NCBI GenBank assembly: GCA_051252135.1
Contig: JBPOGH010000020.1
Span: 15,499 to 79,498, forward strand
Direction of reading: 5' to 3'
DNA length: 64,000 bases
Origin: Verrucomicrobiaceae bacterium
Lineage (GTDB): Bacteria; Verrucomicrobiota; Verrucomicrobiia; Verrucomicrobiales; Akkermansiaceae
The notes beneath the pieces are model-generated. The model was not told the origin of the DNA. It worked only from the letters and a program-made list of their open reading frames with translations, and searched no databases. Position numbers and translations under genes: made by a program. Of the stretch, positions 42,090 through 50,423 are shown in pieces. Every line of letters begins with the position of its first letter. Position 1 is the first letter of the stretch.

Positions 42090-43855
42090 ACTTGAGTGGA
42101 CTTTTTCAGGCCGGGACCGAGCCATCCGATTTTTGGAATGGTATGCTGCAAGCGGCCGCCGTCGATTGGCAGCTCCGTCAATGCGTCGCCTTACAGGTGG
42201 CCGATGGAGCAGTGAAACTTTTTGGAGAAAGTGAGGAGAGCAACCTTCGCACGGCTCCGCCTGCAGTGCGCAAGGAGATCATGTCTTCTGGCACCGAACC
42301 CCGGCAAATTGCGGATGGCGGTCTATTCTGGATGATCCAGTCTCTGGAGATTTTCGGCACCGAAACGAGCTTCACCTTGGTGACCGCACGGGAGTTGGAA
42401 ATGACCGGGGTCGAGAACTCCCAGCTGCGGAGTTTCGTGCAATCGGCAGTCGCTGCTTATTCCGCCAACCGTAAGGCGGAGACCTCCGAGAAGTCTCTGG
42501 AAGAGATTTCTCGGGTGGTGGATCTTGGGCTAATCATCGGAGAGTCTCCACACTTTGGCGAGGCTGCCAATCGGGTCTGCAATGAACTTGAGACTGAACT
42601 CTCGGCAATGCGGGTGACTTTGGGCTGGCGAAAAAAAGGGCTCATGGAGCTGATTGCGACAAACCATGGCGGACGATTGCGCAATGATACGGAAACCGCC
42701 GGTGCCTTGGCGCGCGCGATGGACGAAGCGGCCGAGCAGGACTGCGAGGTGGGGGTCCCTGCCATCGCGGGAGCGGAGATCAACCGCCAACATAAAGTCT
42801 TTTCCGAGGCACATGCAAACTGCCAAATCATCTCCCTACCTCTGAGAAAGGATGGGGAGGTGCACGGCGCCGTAACTGTTGAATATCCCAATGGGTCAAA
42901 GGGAATCAGTCAGGAGCGAATTGATGCTCTTCGGGTGGTTCTGGACCTGGTGAGCCCGCAACTGGTTAATCTTTACGAAAAGTCCGGATGGATCGGATCC
43001 CGGATTTGGCGATCGATTCGCCGCCGGTTTGCCTCACTTTTGGGCTATCGTCATACGGGCTGGAAATTGGCCGGAATCATCCTCTTGCTGGGGTTTGGCC
43101 TCAGCTGCATCATTCCGATCACTCATAAGGTCAAGGCGGCCTTCGTCCTCCGGACCGAAGCATCGGCCGACCTGACGGCTCCATTCTCGGGCTACATCGA
43201 CACGGTTGAGGCCAACGTCGGCGACGTTGTCAAAAAAGGTCAGCTCCTGGTGACCTTGGATCGGCGTGAACTGGTGATGCAGCAGACCGAACTTAAGGCG
43301 GAACGGGATCGTAATCTCGCCGATGCCCGCCGGTATGAAGCCGAAGGGGACCTTTCGCAGATGAAACTCTCCCAACTGGCGATTGAGCAGGCTGATGCCA
43401 AGTTGCAGGTCATCGATTATCGCCTGGCCCGCACTGAGGTCCGGGCTCCGTTTGATGGGGTGATCGTGGAGGGTGATTTGAAGGAACGCCTTTCTTCACC
43501 GACTCAGGTGGGCGAGGTGCTCATGCGGATTGTGGAGATCAGGGAAACCTATGGTGAACTTCAAGTCGATGAGCGGGACATTCATTTTCTGGAGAAAGGC
43601 ATGAATGGTGAGATGGCCTTTACCTCCAGGCCGGAGCAGAAATTCGGGGTCTCTCTGGATACCTATGAGCCTGTGGCGGTGGTCAAGGAGACGGGGACTT
43701 ACTTCCGCGTTCGGGTGAATGTGGACGAGGATCCCGAGGATTGGTGGCGCCCGGGCATGAGCGGAGTCTGCAAGGTCGATATTGGAAAACGTTCGATCGC
43801 CTGGGTCTATCTGCACCGAACCTGGGAGTTTGTCAGGATGAAGCTTTGGTTCTAG
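42086..43855 (+). CDS. GAF-domain / HlyD-family membrane fusion protein
   Basis: N-terminal GAF-like region ('AMDEAAEQD', 'IISLPLRKDGEVHGAVTVE'), one TM helix, then MFP motifs 'APFSGYIDTV...VGDVVKKGQLL', 'VRAPFDGVIV' and 'RPGMSG'. Overlaps the upstream stop by ATGA. Confidence 0.85.
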   Translation: MNLSGLFQAGTEPSDFWNGMLQAAAVDWQLRQCVALQVADGAVKLFGESEESNLRTAPPAVRKEIMSSGTEPRQIADGGLFWMIQSLEIFGTETSFTLVTARELEMTGVENSQLRSFVQSAVAAYSANRKAETSEKSLEEISRVVDLGLIIGESPHFGEAANRVCNELETELSAMRVTLGWRKKGLMELIATNHGGRLRNDTETAGALARAMDEAAEQDCEVGVPAIAGAEINRQHKVFSEAHANCQIISLPLRKDGEVHGAVTVEYPNGSKGISQERIDALRVVLDLVSPQLVNLYEKSGWIGSRIWRSIRRRFASLLGYRHTGWKLAGIILLLGFGLSCIIPITHKVKAAFVLRTEASADLTAPFSGYIDTVEANVGDVVKKGQLLVTLDRRELVMQQTELKAERDRNLADARRYEAEGDLSQMKLSQLAIEQADAKLQVIDYRLARTEVRAPFDGVIVEGDLKERLSSPTQVGEVLMRIVEIRETYGELQVDERDIHFLEKGMNGEMAFTSRPEQKFGVSLDTYEPVAVVKETGTYFRVRVNVDEDPEDWWRPGMSGVCKVDIGKRSIAWVYLHRTWEFVRMKLWF

Positions 43856-43873
43856 TAGCCACTCCAGCTGAAC

Positions 43874-46018
43874 ATGAAGCAACGCACGGTTTTCGACGAG
43901 TCCTGGTATCGGGTCAGCCGTAGTCAGGTGCGCTTGCTTCCGGGTGTCGAGATGATCCGGCAGATGTTTCGAGGAGAACCCTGGTATGTCGTTTGCGACA
44001 AGTTGGGGCATCGATTTTTCCGCATCCGCCCGGCGGCTTATCGATTCATATGCTATCTTGAAGATGCGGCCTCGGTCGAGGAAGCCTGGGAGCGTGCCCT
44101 GGAGATTGATCCCACGGATGCGCCGGGGCAGGGCGAAGTCGTTCAGCTTCTATCCCAGCTCTATCAATCGGGACTCCTCCGGAGCGATCAGACGGCAGAC
44201 ATCAGCGCACTTGAAGAGGTGAAGGCGCGGGAGGAAGCGCAGAAGCGCAAGCAACGGGTCTCCAGTCTTCTCTTCCTCAAGATTCCGCTGATCAATCCGG
44301 ATCCCTTTTTGCGGCGGACGCTGTCTCTGTTTGCCTGGTTGTTTACTCCCTTTGGAGCACTTCTTTGGCTGGTGGTCTTTGTTTGGGGTTCCCTGGCACT
44401 TATTGAAAACTGGACCCGCTTTGCCGATTCCTCACGGTCAATTTTGGGATGGTCGAATTTGCCCTATCTCTATCTCAGCCTGATCATCACCAAAGTCTTG
44501 CATGAATTCGGGCATGCCTATGCCTGCCGGAGGTACGGCAGGGAGGTTCCGGAAATGGGGGTAATGTTGCTTGTCTTTAACCCGCTGCCTTATGTTGATG
44601 CGTCATCGTGCTACGCTTTTGCGCGCAAATATCAGCGCGTGATCGTTGGTATTGCAGGGATGGCGGTCGAACTTTTCGTGGCGGCAGTTGCCGTTAAAAT
44701 TTGGGCGGAGGGTGCGGATGGCATCACCTCGCGCGTTGCCTACAATGTGGCAATCACCGCGTCCATTGGAGCCCTTCTTTTTAATCTCAACCCGCTTCTA
44801 CGCTTTGATGGTTACCATATCCTCTGCGATCTTTTGGAAACTCCCAATCTTCAGGGACGCTCCCAATCATTGGTGAGCTGGTGGGTGAACAAAAAGGTCT
44901 TCAAGATCGAACCGGGCCCGATCCCAACCACTTCCCGACGGGAACAGATCGGCTTCACGATCTACTTTTTTGCCAGCTGGATTTACCGCTTCCTGTTGAT
45001 GATCGGTATTTTAATTTTTGTTTCGAAGCAGTTCCTGATCATCGGGGTGATCCTTGCCCTTATTTTCGGGGTGATCTGGGGACTTCTTCCTTTTACGAAA
45101 GGAGTCCGCTATGTTTGCTTTAGCCCTAAACTTATGAACCGTCGAATGCGAGCACTTGGCATCGTGACCCTCTTTCTGACGGTCATCGTTGGATTCCTGG
45201 CCTTTGTCCCGATGCCTTACTACTTTCGGTCGGATGGCATCGTGAAATCCGCCTCGTTTCAGAATGTCTACACCAGCAGTCCGGGGAAGATTGTCGAGGT
45301 GGTCACTCCGTCCGGAACGATGGTTGAGGCCGGGCAGGTTTTGGTAAGGCTTACCAATGAAGAACTGCAGCAGGAGGGAGAGCTCATCCGGATTGAGCGG
45401 GAGCGGGGTGATCTATTGCTCCGGGAAGCCCGTAATGAACAGGGGACCCAATTGGCCGGACTGGAGGCTTTTCTGAAAGCGTTGGATTCCCGTGAATTGG
45501 CGTTGAAGCAACAGCTCAACGATTTGGTGGTACGGGCACCGGTCTCCGGACGCTGGGTTGCCAATGATCTCCATGAAGTGATTTCCTCGGTGGTTCCACG
45601 GGGACAATCCCTGGGAATGGTGCGTAGCGAAGAAGAATACGTCTTCACGGCCGTGGTGCATCAACGGGATGCCGGCCGACTTTCCCTGATTGATTCCGAG
45701 CTTAAGATCAGGGGACAGGAGGGGAATGACCTGATATTGACGGACCTTGATGCCATTCCGGCAGGGCAGAATGATCTGCCAAGTGCCGCTCTGGGGGTGG
45801 CCGGGGGAGGTTCCATGGGCGTGGCGACAAACGATGGTCAGGGGAATCGTGCCACCGAGCCCTACTTTCAGGTACGGGGAAAAATCGATCTTACTGAAGG
45901 TGTCATTCTCCAGCACGGCCAACGCGGGGTCGCCCGTTTTCCCTTACCGAAAACACCCCTCTTAAGCCAATGGTCCCACTCGGTGAGACAGTTTTTCCAG
46001 AGGGAATATCAACTCTAA
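43874..46018 (+). CDS. PqqD/RRE-like + M50 (site-2) intramembrane metallopeptidase + HlyD-like fusion protein
   Basis: HExxH motif 'LHEFGH' and 'NLNPLLRFDG' (NxxPxxxxDG) with several TM helices. N-terminal beta3-alpha3 pattern ending 'LLSQLYQSGLL'. C-terminal MFP motifs 'SGTMVEAGQVLVRL' and 'VRAPVSG'. Confidence 0.85.
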   Translation: MKQRTVFDESWYRVSRSQVRLLPGVEMIRQMFRGEPWYVVCDKLGHRFFRIRPAAYRFICYLEDAASVEEAWERALEIDPTDAPGQGEVVQLLSQLYQSGLLRSDQTADISALEEVKAREEAQKRKQRVSSLLFLKIPLINPDPFLRRTLSLFAWLFTPFGALLWLVVFVWGSLALIENWTRFADSSRSILGWSNLPYLYLSLIITKVLHEFGHAYACRRYGREVPEMGVMLLVFNPLPYVDASSCYAFARKYQRVIVGIAGMAVELFVAAVAVKIWAEGADGITSRVAYNVAITASIGALLFNLNPLLRFDGYHILCDLLETPNLQGRSQSLVSWWVNKKVFKIEPGPIPTTSRREQIGFTIYFFASWIYRFLLMIGILIFVSKQFLIIGVILALIFGVIWGLLPFTKGVRYVCFSPKLMNRRMRALGIVTLFLTVIVGFLAFVPMPYYFRSDGIVKSASFQNVYTSSPGKIVEVVTPSGTMVEAGQVLVRLTNEELQQEGELIRIERERGDLLLREARNEQGTQLAGLEAFLKALDSRELALKQQLNDLVVRAPVSGRWVANDLHEVISSVVPRGQSLGMVRSEEEYVFTAVVHQRDAGRLSLIDSELKIRGQEGNDLILTDLDAIPAGQNDLPSAALGVAGGGSMGVATNDGQGNRATEPYFQVRGKIDLTEGVILQHGQRGVARFPLPKTPLLSQWSHSVRQFFQREYQL

Positions 46019-46028
46019 AGGATTTGAT

Positions 46029-48011
46029 ATGCAGATCAGCGCTCCCAGTCATTTTCAGGATTCGTTCTTTCAGGAGAAGCCACAGCAACCACTCAAGGGG
46101 CTTGATCATTTTACCAAGAAAGTCGTTGGGAAATGGAAACGTCGATCTTCCATTTTAAAGCCCTGGTCTGTGATCGTGGACGCTGCCGAGGTGGAACGCG
46201 CGGAGTTGGAAGAATTGGATAACAAGGCCATTAACCGGCTTCTGGTAAAAACACGATCCGAGATCACCGGGAATGCCTTGCCCACCGCCAAATCGCTTGC
46301 ATTGATCTGCGAAGTGGCACGCCGGGAACTTGGACTCACGCCCTACCGGGTCCAGATGCTTTCGGCTCTTGCATTGATCGACGGCTACCTTGCCGAGATC
46401 GATACGGGAGAAGGCAAGACCTTATCGATTGCGCTGGCGGCCGCCTTTGAGGGCTGGAAGGGCGAGCCTGTTCATGTCGTGACGGCAAACGATTATCTCG
46501 CGGTGCGTGATGCCCGCACGATGAAGAAGCTTTATACCCGCCTTGGACTTCGCGTGGCTTCGGTTGTCGGTAAAACCGAACCGGCACTGCGGCGACAAGG
46601 CTACCAGGCTGATATCACCTACACGACGGCCAAGGAAGTGGCTGCGGATTATCTTCGCGACCGCCTCCAGCTCGGTGAGTGGGATCGATCGGGGGCACGT
46701 CAGCACGTCCGGAAGTTCGTGCGGGCTCCGGGTAGCGGAATGCGGCTGACCCAACGGGGACTTTTTCGTGCCTTGATCGATGAGGCTGACAATGGCCTCA
46801 TTGACGAAGCGGTGACTCCGCTTCTGATCAGCCAAAAGATTGAATCGGAGGACTTGCAGGCCGCTTGTCTTGGGGCGTGGCGGATTGCCGAATTTCTTCG
46901 GGCCGAGAGCGACTACACGGTGGAACGTTCCCGGCGTGAGGTTCATTTGACTTACTCCGGCGAAGATAAGGCTTCCGGGAGTGAGGAGTTCCCCGATGTT
47001 CCTTTGTGGCGTTGTCCGCAGCGAAGGAAGCAGATGATTCTGCTCGCGCTTGAAGCGCGGGAGTTTTTCACCCTCGGATCGCATTATATCATCGAGGAAG
47101 GAAAAGTGGTCATCATTGATGAAAGCACCGGACGTCCCATGCCGGACCGTTCCTGGAAGCTGGGATTGCACCAGATCGTGGAGGCCAAGGAAGGCGTGGA
47201 GATCACCAATCCGAGCACCACGATCGCCCAGATTTCCTTCCAGAGTTTCTTCCAAAAATATCGGCGACTTTCAGGTGCAACGGGCACGGCACATGAAATT
47301 GCCGATGAGGTGTGGACGACCTATGGAGTGGCTACGATTCGGATTCCCCGCAACCTGCCAAACATATCCCGACGACAGGCACCCAAATTCTACCTTTCCG
47401 AAGCGGACCGGGAACATGCGGTGGTCGAGGAGATTCTGAATTTCCACCGGACCGGACAGCCGGTTCTTGTCGGCACCCGCACGGTGACCGCCAGTGAGCA
47501 TCTCGGGAGTAAGTTGGGTTTCAAGAATGTTGATCACGTGATCCTGAACGCGAAACGCCTGGCTCAAGAGGCCGGAATCGTCGCCGATGCCGGAGGGCGT
47601 GGTCGTGTCACGATTGCCACCAATATGGCGGGTCGGGGGACGGATATCGAGTTGGCTCCCGGCGTCAAAGAACTTGGAGGGCTGCATGTCATTGCCACAG
47701 AGCCCCATGAGGCGCGGCGGGTCGACCGGCAGCTATTTGGGCGTTCGGGCCGACAAGGGGATCCCGGTTCGGTGAGTCGGCATTACGCATTTGATGATGT
47801 GCTTTTCCACACTTTCCTGCCCGGATGGGTCCATCGCTTGGTCTCCCGAACAGCTCATCCCCAGACCGGAAAGATGGCGCTCCCCATCGTGTGTCGGGTT
47901 CTCCTCCGGTATGTCCAGATGCGTGCTGAAAAGCTCGCGGCTTTCCGGCGAAAGCAGGTCTCCGAAAACGACCGGCAGCAGCGCGCCTCACTCGGGTTTA
48001 CCCGGGACTAG
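46029..48011 (+). CDS. Short secondary SecA paralogue (SecA DEAD-motor protein lacking the C-terminal wing/IRA1 region)
   Basis: SecA motifs: 'AEIDTGEGKT', 'VHVVTANDYLAVRD', 'IDEADNGLIDEA', 'GLHQIVEAKEG', 'LSGATGTA', 'TIATNMAGRGTDI' and 'RRVDRQLFGRSGRQGDPG'. It is 660 aa, against about 900 aa for housekeeping SecA. Confidence 0.9.
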   Translation: MQISAPSHFQDSFFQEKPQQPLKGLDHFTKKVVGKWKRRSSILKPWSVIVDAAEVERAELEELDNKAINRLLVKTRSEITGNALPTAKSLALICEVARRELGLTPYRVQMLSALALIDGYLAEIDTGEGKTLSIALAAAFEGWKGEPVHVVTANDYLAVRDARTMKKLYTRLGLRVASVVGKTEPALRRQGYQADITYTTAKEVAADYLRDRLQLGEWDRSGARQHVRKFVRAPGSGMRLTQRGLFRALIDEADNGLIDEAVTPLLISQKIESEDLQAACLGAWRIAEFLRAESDYTVERSRREVHLTYSGEDKASGSEEFPDVPLWRCPQRRKQMILLALEAREFFTLGSHYIIEEGKVVIIDESTGRPMPDRSWKLGLHQIVEAKEGVEITNPSTTIAQISFQSFFQKYRRLSGATGTAHEIADEVWTTYGVATIRIPRNLPNISRRQAPKFYLSEADREHAVVEEILNFHRTGQPVLVGTRTVTASEHLGSKLGFKNVDHVILNAKRLAQEAGIVADAGGRGRVTIATNMAGRGTDIELAPGVKELGGLHVIATEPHEARRVDRQLFGRSGRQGDPGSVSRHYAFDDVLFHTFLPGWVHRLVSRTAHPQTGKMALPIVCRVLLRYVQMRAEKLAAFRRKQVSENDRQQRASLGFTRD

Positions 48012-48035
48012 ATTTGGTCGAGCGGGTTCGCGCCG

Positions 48036-49010
48036 TCAGTAATCAATCCGAAAGGTCGGGCTGTCTTCCGGCTTGGATTTCCTTCGATCATATAATTTCG
48101 TTGTCGAAACGTTTGCGTGGCCCAACCACTCTTGGACCTTTGCGATATCGGCTTCGTGTGACAGGGCGTTGGTGGCTGCGGTGGCCCGCATGGCATGATT
48201 GGAAACGATGCTGGCATCCAGGCCGGCGACCATGGCCCATTTCTTGATCACGTCCTGATAGAGCGAGTACTGTCTTAATGGGGTGGGAGTGTTGCTCCCC
48301 GCGTTATTGTTGCTGACGGAGCGAAAGAGCGGGTCCTTTCTCTCATCGCCATGGCCGGCCGCCTCGAGGTAATCGGAAATGAGTCTCTGGGCTTTCGGAT
48401 GCAGAGGGATGAATCGAATCTTGCTCCGTTTTCCCAGTACCCGGAGATGGGGCACTCCTTCGCGATTTTGCATCGATGATGGTGTCAGTGCGGCCAGCTC
48501 GGTGGCCCGCAATCCATGAAAGAGGTAGGTGGCCAGAATCGCACGATCCCTTAATCCCTTGAGGGTATCTTCCGGTGGGGCTTCAAGAAGTTTTTTGGCT
48601 TCGGCATCACCCAACGCCGGGGTTTTTCCTTCGTAGGTTCCTTCGGAAGGCCGTTTCACTCCGTGTGTGGGATTGATCTCGATCGCGTTTCGTTCACAGA
48701 GGAAATCGTAGAGTGAAGAAACAGCGGATAATTTCCGGCGCACGGTAGCGGCGGCGAGATCACGAAACTCGAGTTGTTTTCTCCAGCCAATGACATGAGC
48801 TCTGGTGACGACCCGGAACTCGGTCGGCTCGACGATGCCGGTGTAATCCATGAATTCCCGCACATCCCGCATGTAGGCACGGCGGGTGTTGGCGTTGTCG
48901 ATGTTGGCCAGCCATTCGAGCTCTGCCGGAACGTCGGCGAGGCCCTGGAACTCAGCGCGAGTGAGATTCCGGCTTTCTGCGGGGATGCTGAGTGAGTTGT
49001 CCTTGTTCAT
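48036..49010 (-). CDS. Tyrosine recombinase (probable multimer resolvase)
   Basis: Catalytic residues are present: R (GLRATE), K (GKRSK), HxxR (HAMR), H (LGH) and Y (TTKLY). N-terminal SAM-like domain 'NTRRAY..D...F'; 324 aa. Confidence 0.93.
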   Translation of the reverse strand: MNKDNSLSIPAESRNLTRAEFQGLADVPAELEWLANIDNANTRRAYMRDVREFMDYTGIVEPTEFRVVTRAHVIGWRKQLEFRDLAAATVRRKLSAVSSLYDFLCERNAIEINPTHGVKRPSEGTYEGKTPALGDAEAKKLLEAPPEDTLKGLRDRAILATYLFHGLRATELAALTPSSMQNREGVPHLRVLGKRSKIRFIPLHPKAQRLISDYLEAAGHGDERKDPLFRSVSNNNAGSNTPTPLRQYSLYQDVIKKWAMVAGLDASIVSNHAMRATAATNALSHEADIAKVQEWLGHANVSTTKLYDRRKSKPEDSPTFRIDY

Positions 49011-49085
49011 TGGCCTGTATGTCCCGTTGTGAAGTTGATCCGGCGTTGTCTTGCCTGGAAATCATTATGCCGTTTTTCCTGATAT

Positions 49086-49119
49086 TTAACCAGTGATAAA
49101 ATACATTATCACTGGTTAA
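49086..49119. other. Putative recombination (res) core site, 14-6-14 perfect inverted repeat
   Basis: TTAACCAGTGATAA-aataca-TTATCACTGGTTAA, 75 bp upstream of the recombinase start. Confidence 0.8.
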
Positions 49120-49583
49120 GAATTCAGGGAAGTCGTGAGCTGAAATTCGAGGACGCGGAAAATGCGTTCGCTTTAACTGCTCTTTCCAACACCTAGGAAC
49201 AAGGGATGAGCTGTTGAGCCCTCGCAGTGGCGCTGAGGTGGAGTCGGGAGAAAATCAAGGGTCGATGCCAATCGCTTCGTGCAAGCTCATGAGTGGAGGT
49301 CTGAGGCGCTGTTTGACCGATTCCTGAGGGGACGTTTTTCCCGAACCAGAAATGTGAAAACGACTGTGCCAGCTGAGCATCTTATCCCTGAAGTTCCGAT
49401 GTTTGCCGACGGTGACCATTTTCGGGGCGATCATCAGTCGAAGAAAATACAGTCGGCCGACAATCCCTTCGGCAAGCTAGCTCCCCGGCAAAGAGCCCCT
49501 ATTTCGATAACTTCAAACAATATTCATTCGATTCCCTGCTCGTTTCGTTCCCGGGCTTTCTGGATCAGAGTCCCCTCCCCCTT

Positions 49584-49982
49584 TTAGATTTCCTCGTAGA
49601 AATCCAATCTTGCCGCTTTCCGATCGAAGGTTGCCGTTTCCTCACATCCTTCCTTGAGGGCAATCAAGCCGCTGTAGGCATCGGCAAATCCCTCCGCTTC
49701 CCCGTTCAGATAAAGTTCGGCTGCCTTGTGCGCTTCATCGGCATATTGTACCCGGAGCTCCCTGCTTCTCAGGATCCCAAGAAGAACCCGGCAAACATCT
49801 TCCCTGGGATACTTATAGGTGGATCGAAGACTCCACACCAGTTCCACCAAGACAACAGAGGTGATGTATCCCGGCTCTTCCGAAGAGCACGCACTTTGAA
49901 GATAGACTGACGCTCTCTGGAACTGATCTTCGTCGTCCCGGGTAACAAACCGCAGGAGAACATTGGTATCGAGCCCCTTCAT
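49584..49982 (-). CDS. vapC: VapC-family PIN-domain toxin
   Basis: 'GLDTNVLLR', 'VLVELVWSL', 'FADAY' and 'ATFDR' carry the PIN acidic residues; 132 aa; overlaps the antitoxin stop by 4 nt. Confidence 0.88.
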   Translation of the reverse strand: MKGLDTNVLLRFVTRDDEDQFQRASVYLQSACSSEEPGYITSVVLVELVWSLRSTYKYPREDVCRVLLGILRSRELRVQYADEAHKAAELYLNGEAEGFADAYSGLIALKEGCEETATFDRKAARLDFYEEI

Positions 49983-50233
49983 GATGAGGTCGCACTTTCG
50001 TCAGCCGCAGCCCGTTCAATTCCCGCGTTGATTTCGTCGATCGACATCGCCTTGGCCGGCTTGGGTAAGATTCCGGCAAGGTCATGGACTGATCCCGTCG
50101 GCGCAATGTTGATGTCGTTTCCACCGCTGGATGAAAAGAGTCTCAACTTGGTACCAGTCTCCAGCCCGAGCTTTTTTCTCAGAGCCGAAGGAATGGTAAT
50201 CTGGCCTTTGCTGTTCAAAATCGCGGTGTCCAT
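49979..50233 (-). CDS. AbrB/MazE/SpoVT-family antitoxin (84 aa)
   Basis: 'MDTAILNSKGQITIPSALRKKLGLETGTKL' matches the AbrB swapped-hairpin signature. I placed the start at ATG 50233, downstream of the promoter, rather than at the track's 50272. Confidence 0.88.
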   Translation of the reverse strand: MDTAILNSKGQITIPSALRKKLGLETGTKLRLFSSSGGNDINIAPTGSVHDLAGILPKPAKAMSIDEINAGIERAAADESATSS

Positions 50234-50262
50234 TGTTTCACTCTTTTCGTCTGTTCGTCGGA

Positions 50263-50296
50263 AATTTATCACTTTTCCCCCATTTTGTCAAAATGG
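50263..50296 (-). promoter_or_regulatory. TA operon promoter overlapped by an inverted-repeat operator
   Basis: On the minus strand: TTGACA (50291-50286), 17 bp, then TAAATT (50268-50263) with an extended TG. The perfect inverted repeat CCATTTTG-T-CAAAATGG (50280-50296) covers the -35 element. Confidence 0.7.
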
Positions 50297-50423
50297 AGTA
50301 ATTCTTCAATTTTTTCCCTAGTTGAATTTGAGAGACTTTCCCCGTCGAGTTCGCGGGCCATCAGATTCGATATTGAGATCGATGATGCGGATCATTTTTT
50401 CGCCAGTTTTTTTGGCGGGATTT

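Noticed and set aside
46029..48011. Housekeeping secA, or a secA pseudogene
   Set aside because: The motor motifs are intact and the frame is clean. The short length and operon context fit the secondary SecA_DEAD class.
48036..49010. Prophage or ICE integrase
   Set aside because: No phage, relaxase or T4SS genes and no tRNA/att context are seen. The adjacent symmetric site and rep/par genes favour a resolvase.
49279..49587. 102-aa plus-strand ORF between the res site and vapC
   Set aside because: It has no recognisable motif or clear RBS and is probably intergenic.
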